Shown here: piece by piece, positions 8,036 to 17,880 of the stretch
Layout of the letters: each line of letters starts with the position of its first letter
Numbering within the stretch: position 1 is the stretch's first letter
Assembly: GCA_947628145.1 (NCBI GenBank)
Contig: CANQYU010000001.1
Coordinates: 1 to 61,812, forward strand
DNA from: an uncultured Bacilli bacterium
Lineage (GTDB): Bacteria > Bacillota_I > Bacilli_A > RF39 > UBA660
DNA length: 61,812 nucleotides
Direction: 5' to 3'
The notes under the pieces: model-generated
Database searches by the model: none
What the model was told of the DNA's origin: nothing
What the model saw: only the letters and a program-made list of their open reading frames with translations
Program-made: the position numbers and the translations under genes

Positions 8036-8432
8036 CTTGACTGCTATTTTGACCACCCTCTATTTTCTTTAAAGCATCATATAATTTTTGAGGAAGAGGT
8101 AAACCCATATTAGACCAGTTTTTTAATATAGACAAGCCTTCATTCGCGGCAAAGAAATAAATAGCCATATTTCTAATCATTAAACTGTCCCCGAGAATTT
8201 TATCAATTAAACTAGATAAAGCAATTATAATTAAATAGCCAAATTTTTTAATAATATTTTTAAGGCCAATAGTGTTATTTAAAGTTTTATTATAAATCAC
8301 TTTACATAAATTAGTGAATATTTCTAATAAAATAAAAGCAATAAATATAGCTAAAGTTTTATCAAATTTACCAAATAAGAAAGTTAGAATATTTAAAATA
8401 AAACTGGGATTTATATTTAAAATATAAAACAT
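8025..8432 (-). CDS. Holin (toxin-secretion/phage-lysis holin family, phage_holin_4_1 type)
   Basis: 135 aa with multiple TM segments. The conserved ANEGLSILKNWSNMGLPLPQKLYDALKKI block is typical of the TcdE-like holin family. Confidence 0.8.
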   Translation of the reverse strand: MFYILNINPSFILNILTFLFGKFDKTLAIFIAFILLEIFTNLCKVIYNKTLNNTIGLKNIIKKFGYLIIIALSSLIDKILGDSLMIRNMAIYFFAANEGLSILKNWSNMGLPLPQKLYDALKKIEGGQNSSQDGT

Positions 8433-8465
8433 ATTTTTACCACTTCCAATATAAAATATTCCAAA

Positions 8466-8510
8466 ATAAAAAAAGGAAACATTTTAGACACCTATTTTGT
8501 TTCCTTTTTT
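8466..8510. terminator. Bidirectional intrinsic terminator between ileS and the holin gene
   Basis: Stem AGGAAACA / TGTTTCCT flanked by an A-run and a T-run. Confidence 0.7.
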
Positions 8511-8520
8511 ATTAATTAAA

Positions 8521-11500
8521 TTAGTTAGCTTTCTTAATACTTATATTAACTAAGTGGTCATTTAACTCTATTTCATTTTTAAGAGACTCATCATAATTAA
8601 TTTCTAAAGCTAAAGTTTCTTTTTTAATATAATCAGTAAATTCGGTAAACATTTCTTGAAGAGAATTATCACCATTATAAGTAATTATTATTCTATCACT
8701 AACATTATAGTTAGCATTTTTACGCATATTTTGAACTTTAGAAACAAATTCCCGAGCTAAGCCCTCTAAAATTAATTCTTGAGTAAGTTCGGTATTTAGA
8801 ATAATAAAATTATTATTTTCCATGCCAACATTAAAGCCCTCTTTAGCGCTTATTCTAATATCAACCCATTCTGGTAATATTTCGTAATTTTCGGAAGCAA
8901 TAGTCATATTTATAGTTTTACCATCTTGTAATTTAGCAAGAGCTTCACTAGATAAGTTTTCTAACATAGAGGTAAATTCTTTAATTTTAGGACCAAAGAT
9001 TTTACCAACAACTTTAAAATTAGGTTTTACTGAAAAATTCATATATTCATTTAAATTTTCTGTAAAAACTACCTCTTTAACATTTAATTCTTCTTTAATT
9101 AAAGAAACTAAATCTTTTAATAAAAGAGCGTTCTTACTTGTTATTAAAGCTTCACTTAATGGTTGTCTAACTTTAATTTTATTTTCTTCTCTTACCATTC
9201 TACCTATACTAATTAAAGAACGAACTAAAGCCATTTTTTCTTCAATATGATTATCAATTAAGCTTTCATTTGCGACCGGATAATCAGCTAAATGAACAGA
9301 TTCTTCGCCAGTTAAATTACGATATATTTCTTCACTTATAAATGGAGTTATAGGCGCAATTAATTTAGATAAACCAACTAAGACTTCATAAGTAGTGATA
9401 TAAACACTTTTTTTAGAATTACCTAAAGTACTACCCCAGAACCGATTACGGCATCTTCTAATATACCAATTAGATAAATCATCTGATACAAAACTGGTTA
9501 ATAAACGCACTACTTTATTTAAATCATATTCTTCAAAAGCATTAGTAACATTTTTAACTAAATTATTATATTTAGATAATAACCATTTATCAATTTCTTC
9601 CCTTTTTTCATAAGGAACATTACATTCGTTAGTCTCAATACCATCAACATTAGCATACATAGTAAAGAAACTATAAGCATTACGAAGAGGATTAAAGAAT
9701 TTAGAATATACCTCTTTTAAACCGTCAATATCAAATTTTAATGGAGTCCAAACGGGAGAAACATATGGTAAATAAAATCTTACTGTATCGGCGCCATATT
9801 CTTTAATAGTTGTAAATGGTTCAACAATATTACCCCGGCTTTTACTCATTTTTTTACCCTCAGCATCTAGTAATAAATCATTAACTAAAACATTTTTAAA
9901 GGGGCTACAACCTTTAACAAAAGTGGAAATAACCATTAAAGTATAAAACCAACCTCTAGTTTGGTCAATACCCTCACATATAAAGTCAGCCGGGAATTGA
10001 GTTTCCCAAAATTCTTTATTTTCAAAGGGATAATGATATTGAGCAAAAGGCATTGAGCCAGAGTCAAACCAACAGTCTAAAACATCAGGGATACGTTTCA
10101 TTTCTCCCCCACATTTAGGACATTTTAAATAAACATTATCAATATAGGGTTTATGTAAATCTAAATTATGATTTAATTTAGTAGTTGCCATTTCTTTTAA
10201 TTCGGCAATAGAACCAACCATATGCTCATAGCCACATTCACATTTAAAGAAAGGAATAGGTGCACCCCAATACCGACTACGAGAAATATTCCAATCTTTA
10301 GCATTAGTAAGCCAATTAGCAAAACGTTTTTCCCCAACATAAGCCGGATACCAATTAACATGGCTATTAGCTTCGACTAACTCATTTTTAAATTTACTGA
10401 CAGCAATATAATAACTAGGCATTGAATAATAAATTAAAGGAGTATGACAACGCCAACAATGAGGATAATCATGCATTATTTTTTGCTTTTTAAATAATTT
10501 ATTATTTTCTTTTAAATAAGCAACAACATCCTCATTAGCATCAAAAACAAATTTGCCAGTCCAAGGACCAGTTGTATAACAACCATCTTTACCTACTGGA
10601 TTTAAAATTGGTAAATCATATTTTTTAGAAGCTTCGGCATCTTCTTCACCAAAAGCGGGGGCTATATGAACAATACCAGTTCCATCTTCCATCGTAACAT
10701 AATCGTCACAAATAACATAAAAAGCTTTTTTTTCAGGGGTAATTTCAGGGATTAATTGTTCATATTCCGTATATTCTAAAGTTTTACCTTTAAAAGTGGA
10801 AATAATTTGAGCTTCGTCACCTAAAACTGATTTAACAAGAGATGTTGCTAATATAAATTTATTACCTAAAGATTCAACTAAAGAATAATCAGCCTCAGGA
10901 TTAACACATAAAGCAACATTAGCGAGTAAAGTCCAAGGAGTTGTCGTCCAAACTAGAAAATATACATCTTCATTCTTCTTTTTAAATGGAACAAAAACAG
11001 TAGTGACAGCTTCATTTACATATTCTTGAGCCACCTCATGAGTAGCAAGCCCTGTACCACAATGAGGACAATAAGGAACTACTCTGGTACCTTCATAAAA
11101 TAAATTCTTCTCATAAAATTGTTTTAAAATCCACCATTCTGTTTCTATATATTCATTTTTATAGGTTAAATAAGGGTTTTCAACATCAATAAATTGAGCC
11201 ATTTTACGAGTTAAATCAGTAAATGCCGCCTCGTTTTCGCGAACACTTTTCCGACATTCTTCATTAAAACGAGCAATACCTAAAGCTTCTATTTCTTTTT
11301 TAGATGATATACCTAATTTCTTTTCAACATGATTTTCAATAGGTAAACCATGAGTATCCCACCCTACTTTTCTAGTTACTTTATAACCTTTCATAACTTT
11401 ATATTTACAAAAAGCATCTTTTAAGTTTTTGGCTACCATATGATGTAAGCCAGGAAAACCATTAGCAAAGGCAGGGCCATCATAGAAAACAAAACGTTTA

Positions 11501-11619
11501 TCATCAGAACGATTTTCTATTTGTCTTTTATTAATTGTATTTATACCACCCCAAGATTTAAGAATATCTTCCTCAACCTCAGGATATGGTCTTTTATCTA
11601 ATTCTTTAAAATTTTTCAT
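8521..11619 (-). CDS. ileS: Isoleucine--tRNA ligase (long, type-2-like form)
   Basis: 1032 aa. Class I motifs PGLHHMV (HIGH-like) and KMSKS, WNISRSRYWGAPIP, and zinc-ribbon cysteines. Preceded by a T-box with an AUC specifier. Confidence 0.95.
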   Translation of the reverse strand: MKNFKELDKRPYPEVEEDILKSWGGINTINKRQIENRSDDKRFVFYDGPAFANGFPGLHHMVAKNLKDAFCKYKVMKGYKVTRKVGWDTHGLPIENHVEKKLGISSKKEIEALGIARFNEECRKSVRENEAAFTDLTRKMAQFIDVENPYLTYKNEYIETEWWILKQFYEKNLFYEGTRVVPYCPHCGTGLATHEVAQEYVNEAVTTVFVPFKKKNEDVYFLVWTTTPWTLLANVALCVNPEADYSLVESLGNKFILATSLVKSVLGDEAQIISTFKGKTLEYTEYEQLIPEITPEKKAFYVICDDYVTMEDGTGIVHIAPAFGEEDAEASKKYDLPILNPVGKDGCYTTGPWTGKFVFDANEDVVAYLKENNKLFKKQKIMHDYPHCWRCHTPLIYYSMPSYYIAVSKFKNELVEANSHVNWYPAYVGEKRFANWLTNAKDWNISRSRYWGAPIPFFKCECGYEHMVGSIAELKEMATTKLNHNLDLHKPYIDNVYLKCPKCGGEMKRIPDVLDCWFDSGSMPFAQYHYPFENKEFWETQFPADFICEGIDQTRGWFYTLMVISTFVKGCSPFKNVLVNDLLLDAEGKKMSKSRGNIVEPFTTIKEYGADTVRFYLPYVSPVWTPLKFDIDGLKEVYSKFFNPLRNAYSFFTMYANVDGIETNECNVPYEKREEIDKWLLSKYNNLVKNVTNAFEEYDLNKVVRLLTSFVSDDLSNWYIRRCRNRFWGSTLGNSKKSVYITTYEVLVGLSKLIAPITPFISEEIYRNLTGEESVHLADYPVANESLIDNHIEEKMALVRSLISIGRMVREENKIKVRQPLSEALITSKNALLLKDLVSLIKEELNVKEVVFTENLNEYMNFSVKPNFKVVGKIFGPKIKEFTSMLENLSSEALAKLQDGKTINMTIASENYEILPEWVDIRISAKEGFNVGMENNNFIILNTELTQELILEGLAREFVSKVQNMRKNANYNVSDRIIITYNGDNSLQEMFTEFTDYIKKETLALEINYDESLKNEIELNDHLVNISIKKAN

Positions 11620-11639
11620 AAATACTCCTCCTAATTTAA

Positions 11640-11815
11640 ATAAAAAGGTGGTAACCTAAAGGGCGAAATGACCGCGGTACCACCTTAATTTATAACTTTA
11701 ACTTGTAACGTAAGTGACACGTAATATTTTACTTATTTCAAATATTAAACTCCCAAGTGATTTCTTAAAAGATAATTTATTAACTTTCACCAAATGTTAA
11801 CTCTCTATAAAATTG
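11640..11815 (-). promoter_or_regulatory. T-box leader (Ile specifier AUC) with terminator/antiterminator
   Basis: On the minus strand: an AGAGA box, then GGTGAAAG, then specifier context GAA-ATC-A (ATC at 11759-11761). The T-box sequence AAGGTGGTACCGCGGTC follows. The terminator is GGTGGTACC...GGTTACCACC plus TTTTT. Confidence 0.85.
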
Positions 11816-11821
11816 AAACTT

Positions 11822-12091
11822 TTAAGCGGCTTGTTCAGCGTTTGTACTTTCATTTAAATAATTAACGGTAAATAAAGTAACAATAAAATCTAAAACTTTT
11901 GGATTTGTTACCTCTTCAATATAATATTCGTTATTCTCTTCAGTAGCTTTTAAATATTTATAATCAGTATTAGTCTCTTCTTCAGGGGTAAGACCAACAA
12001 CATATAAATATTTTTCATTATTAAACTCCGCAATATCAAGAATTACATATTCTTTGTTGTTTTCTAATGTGATAACGTCCTCTTTATTCAT
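11822..12091 (-). CDS. DUF1292 family protein
   Basis: 89-aa acidic protein with the typical pattern ITLENNKEYVILDIAEFNNEKYLYVV. Its ATG overlaps the stop of the upstream gene (ATGA). Confidence 0.7.
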   Translation of the reverse strand: MNKEDVITLENNKEYVILDIAEFNNEKYLYVVGLTPEEETNTDYKYLKATEENNEYYIEEVTNPKVLDFIVTLFTVNYLNESTNAEQAA

Positions 12092-15000
12092 CTAACTTGT
12101 CCTCCATTTTCTTTATAGAAATTTGCTACTCGCTCGTCTATATCAGCCATAACTTTACTGTCAGGGTTTTCAGGCATTTGTTGTAATTGGTCATTTATAG
12201 CTTGGATTTGAGCAGGATTAAGTAATTCTTGAAGATTTTCTTGAGCAGGCTCAGAAGCTTCTTCCGAAATTTCATTAACAATTTCTTCGGCTATTTCGGC
12301 ATTTTCAGCAGAATCTAAATCCGGGAAATTTTCGGTAAATTCATCCGCGGCATTATTAAGGTCATGTTTTAAACCTCGAGCTCGAGATTTAATATAAGAA
12401 CCTAAAGTAAGAATTTTTTCTTTTAGGTTACTTTTATTAACATGCTCATTTAGATGTTCTTCTTCATTTTTCGGTTTAAGTAAATTAACAGCAATGGTTG
12501 TAGATGCCCCTAAATTTATGAGATTTAAAGCGGCAATTCCTAAAGCGGAACCAGCTTTAGTGGCAACAGCACCAGCATTAATTACCGCGCCACTGCCATT
12601 GAGCCATAAACCATTAACAAAGGAAATATTACTAACACTAGCAATTAGAGAACTTAAAGAATTAAAGAAACCAGCGGAGGCAGGAAAAGCAACGGCATTA
12701 CAAGAATTAGCAAAAACTAATATTTCAGGTAAGGTAGCTAAAGATAAAGTAGCCATCGTCGCACATATGCCTAAACCGATAATTAATTTTCGATTCTTTT
12801 TAAGGAATTCTTTTCCTTTAGTATATAATTTTCTAACTGTTACTTTTTGTTTTCTAATTTTAGGAGTACTGGTAAGAGCTCTTTCAAAAGCATTAGCATA
12901 AATAGCTTTAGCTTTTCTAAAGTTTTCTTCGTCCTCTTTAGCAACAGTATAACCATCTACATCGCATAAATCTTTAGCTGTACGAGCCTTTTTAAGATAT
13001 TTTTGCATATCTAATAAAGCGTTTAGAGTTTTTTCAGCTTTGGCTTTTTCTTCTTCGGATTTACCATCCATATTTTGACGTATTTCATTAATAGCATCTT
13101 CAACTTCGGCTAAAGCATCTTTATTTATTTTAGAATCTGTTTCTTGGTCAACTTGATTAAAATCATTAGTAACCCCAATTATAGGTTTTTCTTCTTTATT
13201 TAAGTTTTCTTTAATTTCGCGATAATTAGCAAAAGCTTTACGATAATTTTCTTCGTCATTTTCGGCGACTAATGTTCCAGAAATATGACGTAAATCGGGA
13301 CTAGTTTGAGCATTTACTAAATATTTTTTAATTTCATTTAGAACATTAATTAATTCTTTTATTTTCGCTTGAGTTTCAGGACTAGCTGTTTTTAAACTTT
13401 CTTCATGATTACTTATTTCCCCATCAATTTTAGCAATAAAATCAGCATTAATTTGCGGATTATTTATATCTTCATTAGAACTATTATCAAGGTTAGGCTC
13501 TTCGCTATGTTCAATTTGAGGTTCGGTAACCTCAGGTATTTCTATAACAACTGGTTCTGGTTCTTCTTTTAAAGTTTCGCCAGCAAAATATTTAGTTTTA
13601 CTTGCTAATTCTTTTAATAAAGGAATATCTTCAAAATTAGGCGCATAACCAATAGAGCCAACTTTTAGATAATTAGAACTTGGACGACTTAATATTTTTA
13701 TAATTTCAATTATGCGGTTGCACTCATAAACATCTTCAGGAAGAACAGCCCATTGTTTTTCGCCAATTTTAGTAGTTTCTTTCATATCAACATTGAAACC
13801 ACGATGTTCGTCATCACTTACTCTTTTAGCAATTTCGTCAATATAATTTTCTAGATTATTAATTATTTTTTGATTTTCTTCAAAAGCTTTGAGATTAGGA
13901 TTATGTTCATTAAATAAATTAGTATTATTTAATAATTCTTTTAATTCTCTAACATCTTCACTAGAAGCTTTGGCAATTCCCCATACATCAGTTAAAGCAT
14001 ATTTACTATTATTAGCTTTATTTAAAATTCTTAAAATAGATATTAAATTATTATATTCGGCAAGATTAGAAGCTGTAACATACATACCATTAGCTACTTT
14101 CTTAGAGCCTTTAGTTTGACGACGACTTTCTAATTCTCTTAATTTAGCTGTAATAGCGTTAATTATATCCGCATTTGGTAATTCTGGTTTTGGTTCTTCT
14201 TTTTTAGGAAGAGGTTTTAATCTTTTAAATATTTCCGTATTATTTAAAATTTCGGCGACTTTTTCTTTTTGAATTTCATTTACAAATATTAAGTCATTAA
14301 CACATATTAAATCTTCGTCTTTAACATTATTTATAATTTGTTTTAAAACATATAAATTATCATATTCTTCTTTAGCGCTTTTTAATATACTTTTACCATC
14401 AATGCCAAAAGCAATTTCCGTGCCAGAGCGAGTATTCCGATAAGAGGTTAAGATAAAATCCATTTGCTCATCAATTACCGCATTTATTTTACTATTAACA
14501 GTATTTTTGATAGCCACAATTTGGTCTAAAATTATTTTTTTATGTTCTAATAAGGTGGCTCTTTGACTCATTAATTCTTCAAGTTTTCTTTGGCTTTCTA
14601 AAGCATTAGCAATTAAAGATGTATTTTGAATATCTTTATTTATTTTTTCATAATTGCTATTAATAGTATTAAGGCTTCCAACTAAAGCATTAAAACGAGC
14701 AATTTCTCCACTAGTTGCTTGGGCTAAGTCATAACTTTTTGAATCATAATATTCGTTATTTTCTTCGCGAACCTCATTTTTAAGTTCTTCGTATACCTCA
14801 GTTATATAATCAATATTTTCATTTATAATAACATTATTTTTTTGTTCGTAATATTCATAAGCGCGAACATCAAATTCTTTTGTCCGTCCTTTTTTTACAT
14901 AAACATTAGTATTGCCAACTCTTTCTAATTCACTAGGATTTAAATTGGCTGCTTCTTTAATAATTTCTAATAATACTGTTTTAATTAAATCATAATTCAT
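12088..15000 (-). CDS. Large coiled-coil protein with internal repeats and a C-proximal hydrophobic/Gly-rich membrane region; function unknown
   Basis: Start set at ATG 15000 (RBS AAAGAGGGA). About 970 aa with no family recognised. Repeated modules, e.g. ..LINVLNEIKKYLVNAQTSPDLRHISGTLVAENDEENYRKAF.. versus ..LNALLDMQKYLKKARTAKDLCDVDGYTVAKEDEENFRKAK.. Confidence 0.75.
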   Translation of the reverse strand: MNYDLIKTVLLEIIKEAANLNPSELERVGNTNVYVKKGRTKEFDVRAYEYYEQKNNVIINENIDYITEVYEELKNEVREENNEYYDSKSYDLAQATSGEIARFNALVGSLNTINSNYEKINKDIQNTSLIANALESQRKLEELMSQRATLLEHKKIILDQIVAIKNTVNSKINAVIDEQMDFILTSYRNTRSGTEIAFGIDGKSILKSAKEEYDNLYVLKQIINNVKDEDLICVNDLIFVNEIQKEKVAEILNNTEIFKRLKPLPKKEEPKPELPNADIINAITAKLRELESRRQTKGSKKVANGMYVTASNLAEYNNLISILRILNKANNSKYALTDVWGIAKASSEDVRELKELLNNTNLFNEHNPNLKAFEENQKIINNLENYIDEIAKRVSDDEHRGFNVDMKETTKIGEKQWAVLPEDVYECNRIIEIIKILSRPSSNYLKVGSIGYAPNFEDIPLLKELASKTKYFAGETLKEEPEPVVIEIPEVTEPQIEHSEEPNLDNSSNEDINNPQINADFIAKIDGEISNHEESLKTASPETQAKIKELINVLNEIKKYLVNAQTSPDLRHISGTLVAENDEENYRKAFANYREIKENLNKEEKPIIGVTNDFNQVDQETDSKINKDALAEVEDAINEIRQNMDGKSEEEKAKAEKTLNALLDMQKYLKKARTAKDLCDVDGYTVAKEDEENFRKAKAIYANAFERALTSTPKIRKQKVTVRKLYTKGKEFLKKNRKLIIGLGICATMATLSLATLPEILVFANSCNAVAFPASAGFFNSLSSLIASVSNISFVNGLWLNGSGAVINAGAVATKAGSALGIAALNLINLGASTTIAVNLLKPKNEEEHLNEHVNKSNLKEKILTLGSYIKSRARGLKHDLNNAADEFTENFPDLDSAENAEIAEEIVNEISEEASEPAQENLQELLNPAQIQAINDQLQQMPENPDSKVMADIDERVANFYKENGGQVR

Positions 15001-15152
15001 ATGAGTTCCCTCTTTCACACCAAAAAATATAAATCTGTTAGTATTATAGCATAAAAATATTTGTTTTACAATTAATATTAGAAGTTTTACAAATTGGCTA
15101 CTAAAATTCGCGAAAGTATGCTATTATTAATATAATGAAAGTGGGTTATAAA

Positions 15153-16508
15153 ATGAAAGAAAATATATTTCGGGAGTATGATATTAGAGGTGTTTATCCA
15201 ACAGATATTAATGAGACGGTCGCTTATACTATTGGCAGAAGCTATGGCAGCTATTTACAAGAGAAATTAGGGCAAACTACTTGTATTGTTTCTTATGATA
15301 ATAGATTATCTAGTCCAGTACTTTCAGCTTATTTAATTAAAGGAATTACCGATAGTGGTTTAAATGTCTATAATTATGGACTTACTACGACCCCAATGCA
15401 TTACTATGCCAGATATATTCACAATATGTTTGGCATAATGATTACCGCTAGTCATAATCCTAAGGATGAAAATGGGTTTAAATTTTCATTTGATAGTTTA
15501 GCTAATGCGCGCGGAGATATGATTAAAGAATTTAAAGATTATACTCTAGCTGGAAAATTTTTAAGTGGAAATGGCACGGTTTCCAGTGGCAATATTTCCG
15601 AAAAATATTTAGAATATTTACGTTACGGTTTAGAGTTTGGAAGAAAAAAAAGAAAAGTAGTTATTGATGTGGGAAATGGAACTACATCAATTATTGCCCG
15701 AAGAATATTTGAAAAAGTTAATGTTGATTTTGAAATTATTTATGAAGAAAGTGATGGACATTTCCCTAACCACCATCCTGACCCATCGGTAGAGGCGAAC
15801 TTAGAAGCTTTAAAAAAAGAGGTTGTAAAAGTTAAAGCGGATTGTGGAATTGCTTTTGATGGTGATGGAGATAGAATTGGGATAGTTGACGAAACAGGTC
15901 GCATGGTACCAATTGACCATTTTATGATTTTAATAATTAGAGATATTATTGGTAAGGTTAAAAATAAAACTTTTCTTTATGATGTTAAATGTAGTAAGGC
16001 TTTAGATGACGAAATAAAAAGATTAGGCGGAAATGCTATTTGTTATCGAACTGGAGCTTCTTATACTCAAGCTAAAGTTCATGAAGAAGACTTACCTTTT
16101 GGAGGAGAATATTCCGGACATATTTTCTTTAGAGATAAAATTGCCGATGTCGGGAGTGCAATTTATGCCGGTCTAAGATTATTAGAAATTTTAAGTAAAA
16201 CTAATGAACCTTTAAGTAAACTTTTAACTAATATTCCTCAATATTATTCAACCGCGGAATTAAAATTCCCCTCTCGGGATGAAACTAAGTTTGAGGTTAT
16301 TAAAAAAATCAAAGATTTTTGCGAAACTCAAAACTGGGTTTTAAATACAATTGATGGAGTAAGAGTTAATTTTAATACTGGTTGGGCTTTAGTGAGAGCC
16401 AGCAATACAGGGCCAAATATTACAATGAGATGTGAAGCAACAACTCCAGAAGGCTTACAAAATTTACAAACAATATTTACTAATTTAGTTAATACTTACA
16501 ATAAATAA
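15153..16508 (+). CDS. Phosphomannomutase/phosphoglucomutase (alpha-D-phosphohexomutase family)
   Basis: FREYDIRG N-terminus, active-site TASHNP, Mg loop FDGDGDR, and sugar loop GGEYSGH. Start moved to the second ATG. Confidence 0.9.
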   Translation: MKENIFREYDIRGVYPTDINETVAYTIGRSYGSYLQEKLGQTTCIVSYDNRLSSPVLSAYLIKGITDSGLNVYNYGLTTTPMHYYARYIHNMFGIMITASHNPKDENGFKFSFDSLANARGDMIKEFKDYTLAGKFLSGNGTVSSGNISEKYLEYLRYGLEFGRKKRKVVIDVGNGTTSIIARRIFEKVNVDFEIIYEESDGHFPNHHPDPSVEANLEALKKEVVKVKADCGIAFDGDGDRIGIVDETGRMVPIDHFMILIIRDIIGKVKNKTFLYDVKCSKALDDEIKRLGGNAICYRTGASYTQAKVHEEDLPFGGEYSGHIFFRDKIADVGSAIYAGLRLLEILSKTNEPLSKLLTNIPQYYSTAELKFPSRDETKFEVIKKIKDFCETQNWVLNTIDGVRVNFNTGWALVRASNTGPNITMRCEATTPEGLQNLQTIFTNLVNTYNK

Positions 16509-16536
16509 AGGAAAGATTATTCAGTCTTTCCTTTTT
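16507..16536. terminator. Bidirectional terminator between convergent genes
   Basis: Stem AAAGGAAAGA / TCTTTCCTTT followed by a T-run. Overlaps the last codons of the minus-strand gene. Confidence 0.6.
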
Positions 16537-17332
16537 CTAATAAAAGTTCTAATGGTTTACTCCCAATATCTTGACGTTCAGTTTTTATCATTTCCATAAA
16601 TTCGTCTAAAGTAATATTGGTTTTACCATAGAAATAAAAACCGCTTCGAAAATACATTAATATTTTATGAATTTCTTGTGCTGTAACAGTTTCTTTTAAA
16701 TATAAATCACTACCAATAGCTAAACAAGCTTCTTCAAAGGTTACAAATTTTTTAGGGTAAGCATTAAAGGTTGGTTCGGAGGTATCACTTAGGCTATTAC
16801 CAAATTCAGAGGAAAAACCAATAATTCTTCCCCCACCTAAACTTTTGTAAACAGCTCCCGTACACCTATAATTTGTGTCTTTATCATTGTATTTTATTTT
16901 TTTATCAAAAATAAAAGCATCAATAGCTATATCATCAATATTAGGAACAGTATAGGCGGCAATAATAATATCACGAGGATGATACTCTATTTCCGTTTTT
17001 TGTTCTTGAAGATTAGCTAACTCTTCTTGTAATTTGGTTTTTTCTTCTTCAATATTTATAATATCATTAAGAGAACTATGCTCTGCTTTTAATTTAGCTA
17101 ATTCAATTTTCGCCTTAGCAATTTCCTTTTTGATTTCTTGTAATTCATTTAAAGCGGCCTCTTTTTCAGATAAGCCCGGATGATTATTTTTAAAAGCTCC
17201 AACTATTGCTTTTAAGTGATTTATTTCGGTATCTAATAAAATAATTTCATTATTTCGAGAAGCTATGGCTTCATTTAAAAGTTTTAATTGATTAAATCTT
17301 TCTTCAACTTTTTTTTGATGGTTAGAAAACAT
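16517..17332 (-). CDS. Hypothetical protein: N-terminal coiled coil plus C-terminal globular domain
   Basis: Start at ATG 17332 (RBS AAAGGAG). No family recognised. Confidence 0.7.
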   Translation of the reverse strand: MFSNHQKKVEERFNQLKLLNEAIASRNNEIILLDTEINHLKAIVGAFKNNHPGLSEKEAALNELQEIKKEIAKAKIELAKLKAEHSSLNDIINIEEEKTKLQEELANLQEQKTEIEYHPRDIIIAAYTVPNIDDIAIDAFIFDKKIKYNDKDTNYRCTGAVYKSLGGGRIIGFSSEFGNSLSDTSEPTFNAYPKKFVTFEEACLAIGSDLYLKETVTAQEIHKILMYFRSGFYFYGKTNITLDEFMEMIKTERQDIGSKPLELLLEKGKTE

Positions 17333-17442
17333 TTTTAAGTCTCCTTTCAAATATGGTTTATATTTTATAATAATTTTATTTTTATGTCAATTTTAGGTTT
17401 AATTTATTATATTTCTTTCCATAATAATTTTAGGAGGATAAT

Positions 17443-17634
17443 ATGACACAAAAAGATTTATTATATTTAGAAGATGCTATTGGTCATGAAACTAATTTAG
17501 TAGCGATTTATGAATATTATTTAGAAATGTTAGAAGATAATAATTTAAAAACATTTTTAAAAAATGAAATTAAAAAACATCAAAATCTAAAAGCTAAACT
17601 TTTAAAAACTATGGAGGATGTTGCTAATGAATGA
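17443..17634 (+). CDS. Small Coat F-like spore coat protein
   Basis: 63 aa. The pattern TQKDLLYLEDAIGHE...LK...H..L resembles small Coat_F-domain coat proteins. RBS AGGAGG. Confidence 0.55.
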   Translation: MTQKDLLYLEDAIGHETNLVAIYEYYLEMLEDNNLKTFLKNEIKKHQNLKAKLLKTMEDVANE

Positions 17635-17878
17635 TAAATTAATTATGGAAAGTATTTTATTACTTTTAAAAAGCACAGTTGAGGTTTATGTTCATGGGAC
17701 TTTAGAAAGTTCTAATAAAACTATTCATAGTGCTTTAAAAAATGGATTAGATGAAATTATGAAAATGCAATTTGATGTTTTTTTAAAAATGAAAGATGCT
17801 GGTTGGTATAAAATAACTAATATAGCTCCGAAAATGATTGAACAAAGTTATAAAAAATTACAAAATAAAGAGGCTTAA
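17627..17878 (+). CDS. Coat F domain spore coat protein
   Basis: The segment NDKLIMESILLLLKSTVEVYVHGTLESSN..IH.AL...MQFDVFLKMKDAGWY follows the CotF pattern. Start at ATG 17627, after GGAGGA, overlapping the upstream stop. Confidence 0.65.
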   Translation: MNDKLIMESILLLLKSTVEVYVHGTLESSNKTIHSALKNGLDEIMKMQFDVFLKMKDAGWYKITNIAPKMIEQSYKKLQNKEA

Positions 17879-17880
17879 AC

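Noticed and set aside
6544-8432. An intact prophage around the XRE-lysin-holin genes.
   Set aside because: Only regulators, a holin and a lysin are present. No integrase, terminase, capsid, portal or tail genes and no att-like repeats are seen. Flanking genes are core (ileS, GH3).
12494-14119. Plus-strand ORFs 12494-12901 and 13889-14119 inside the 970-aa gene.
   Set aside because: Antisense to a long ORF that has an RBS and a coherent repeat structure. No start signals, and their composition mirrors the sense strand.
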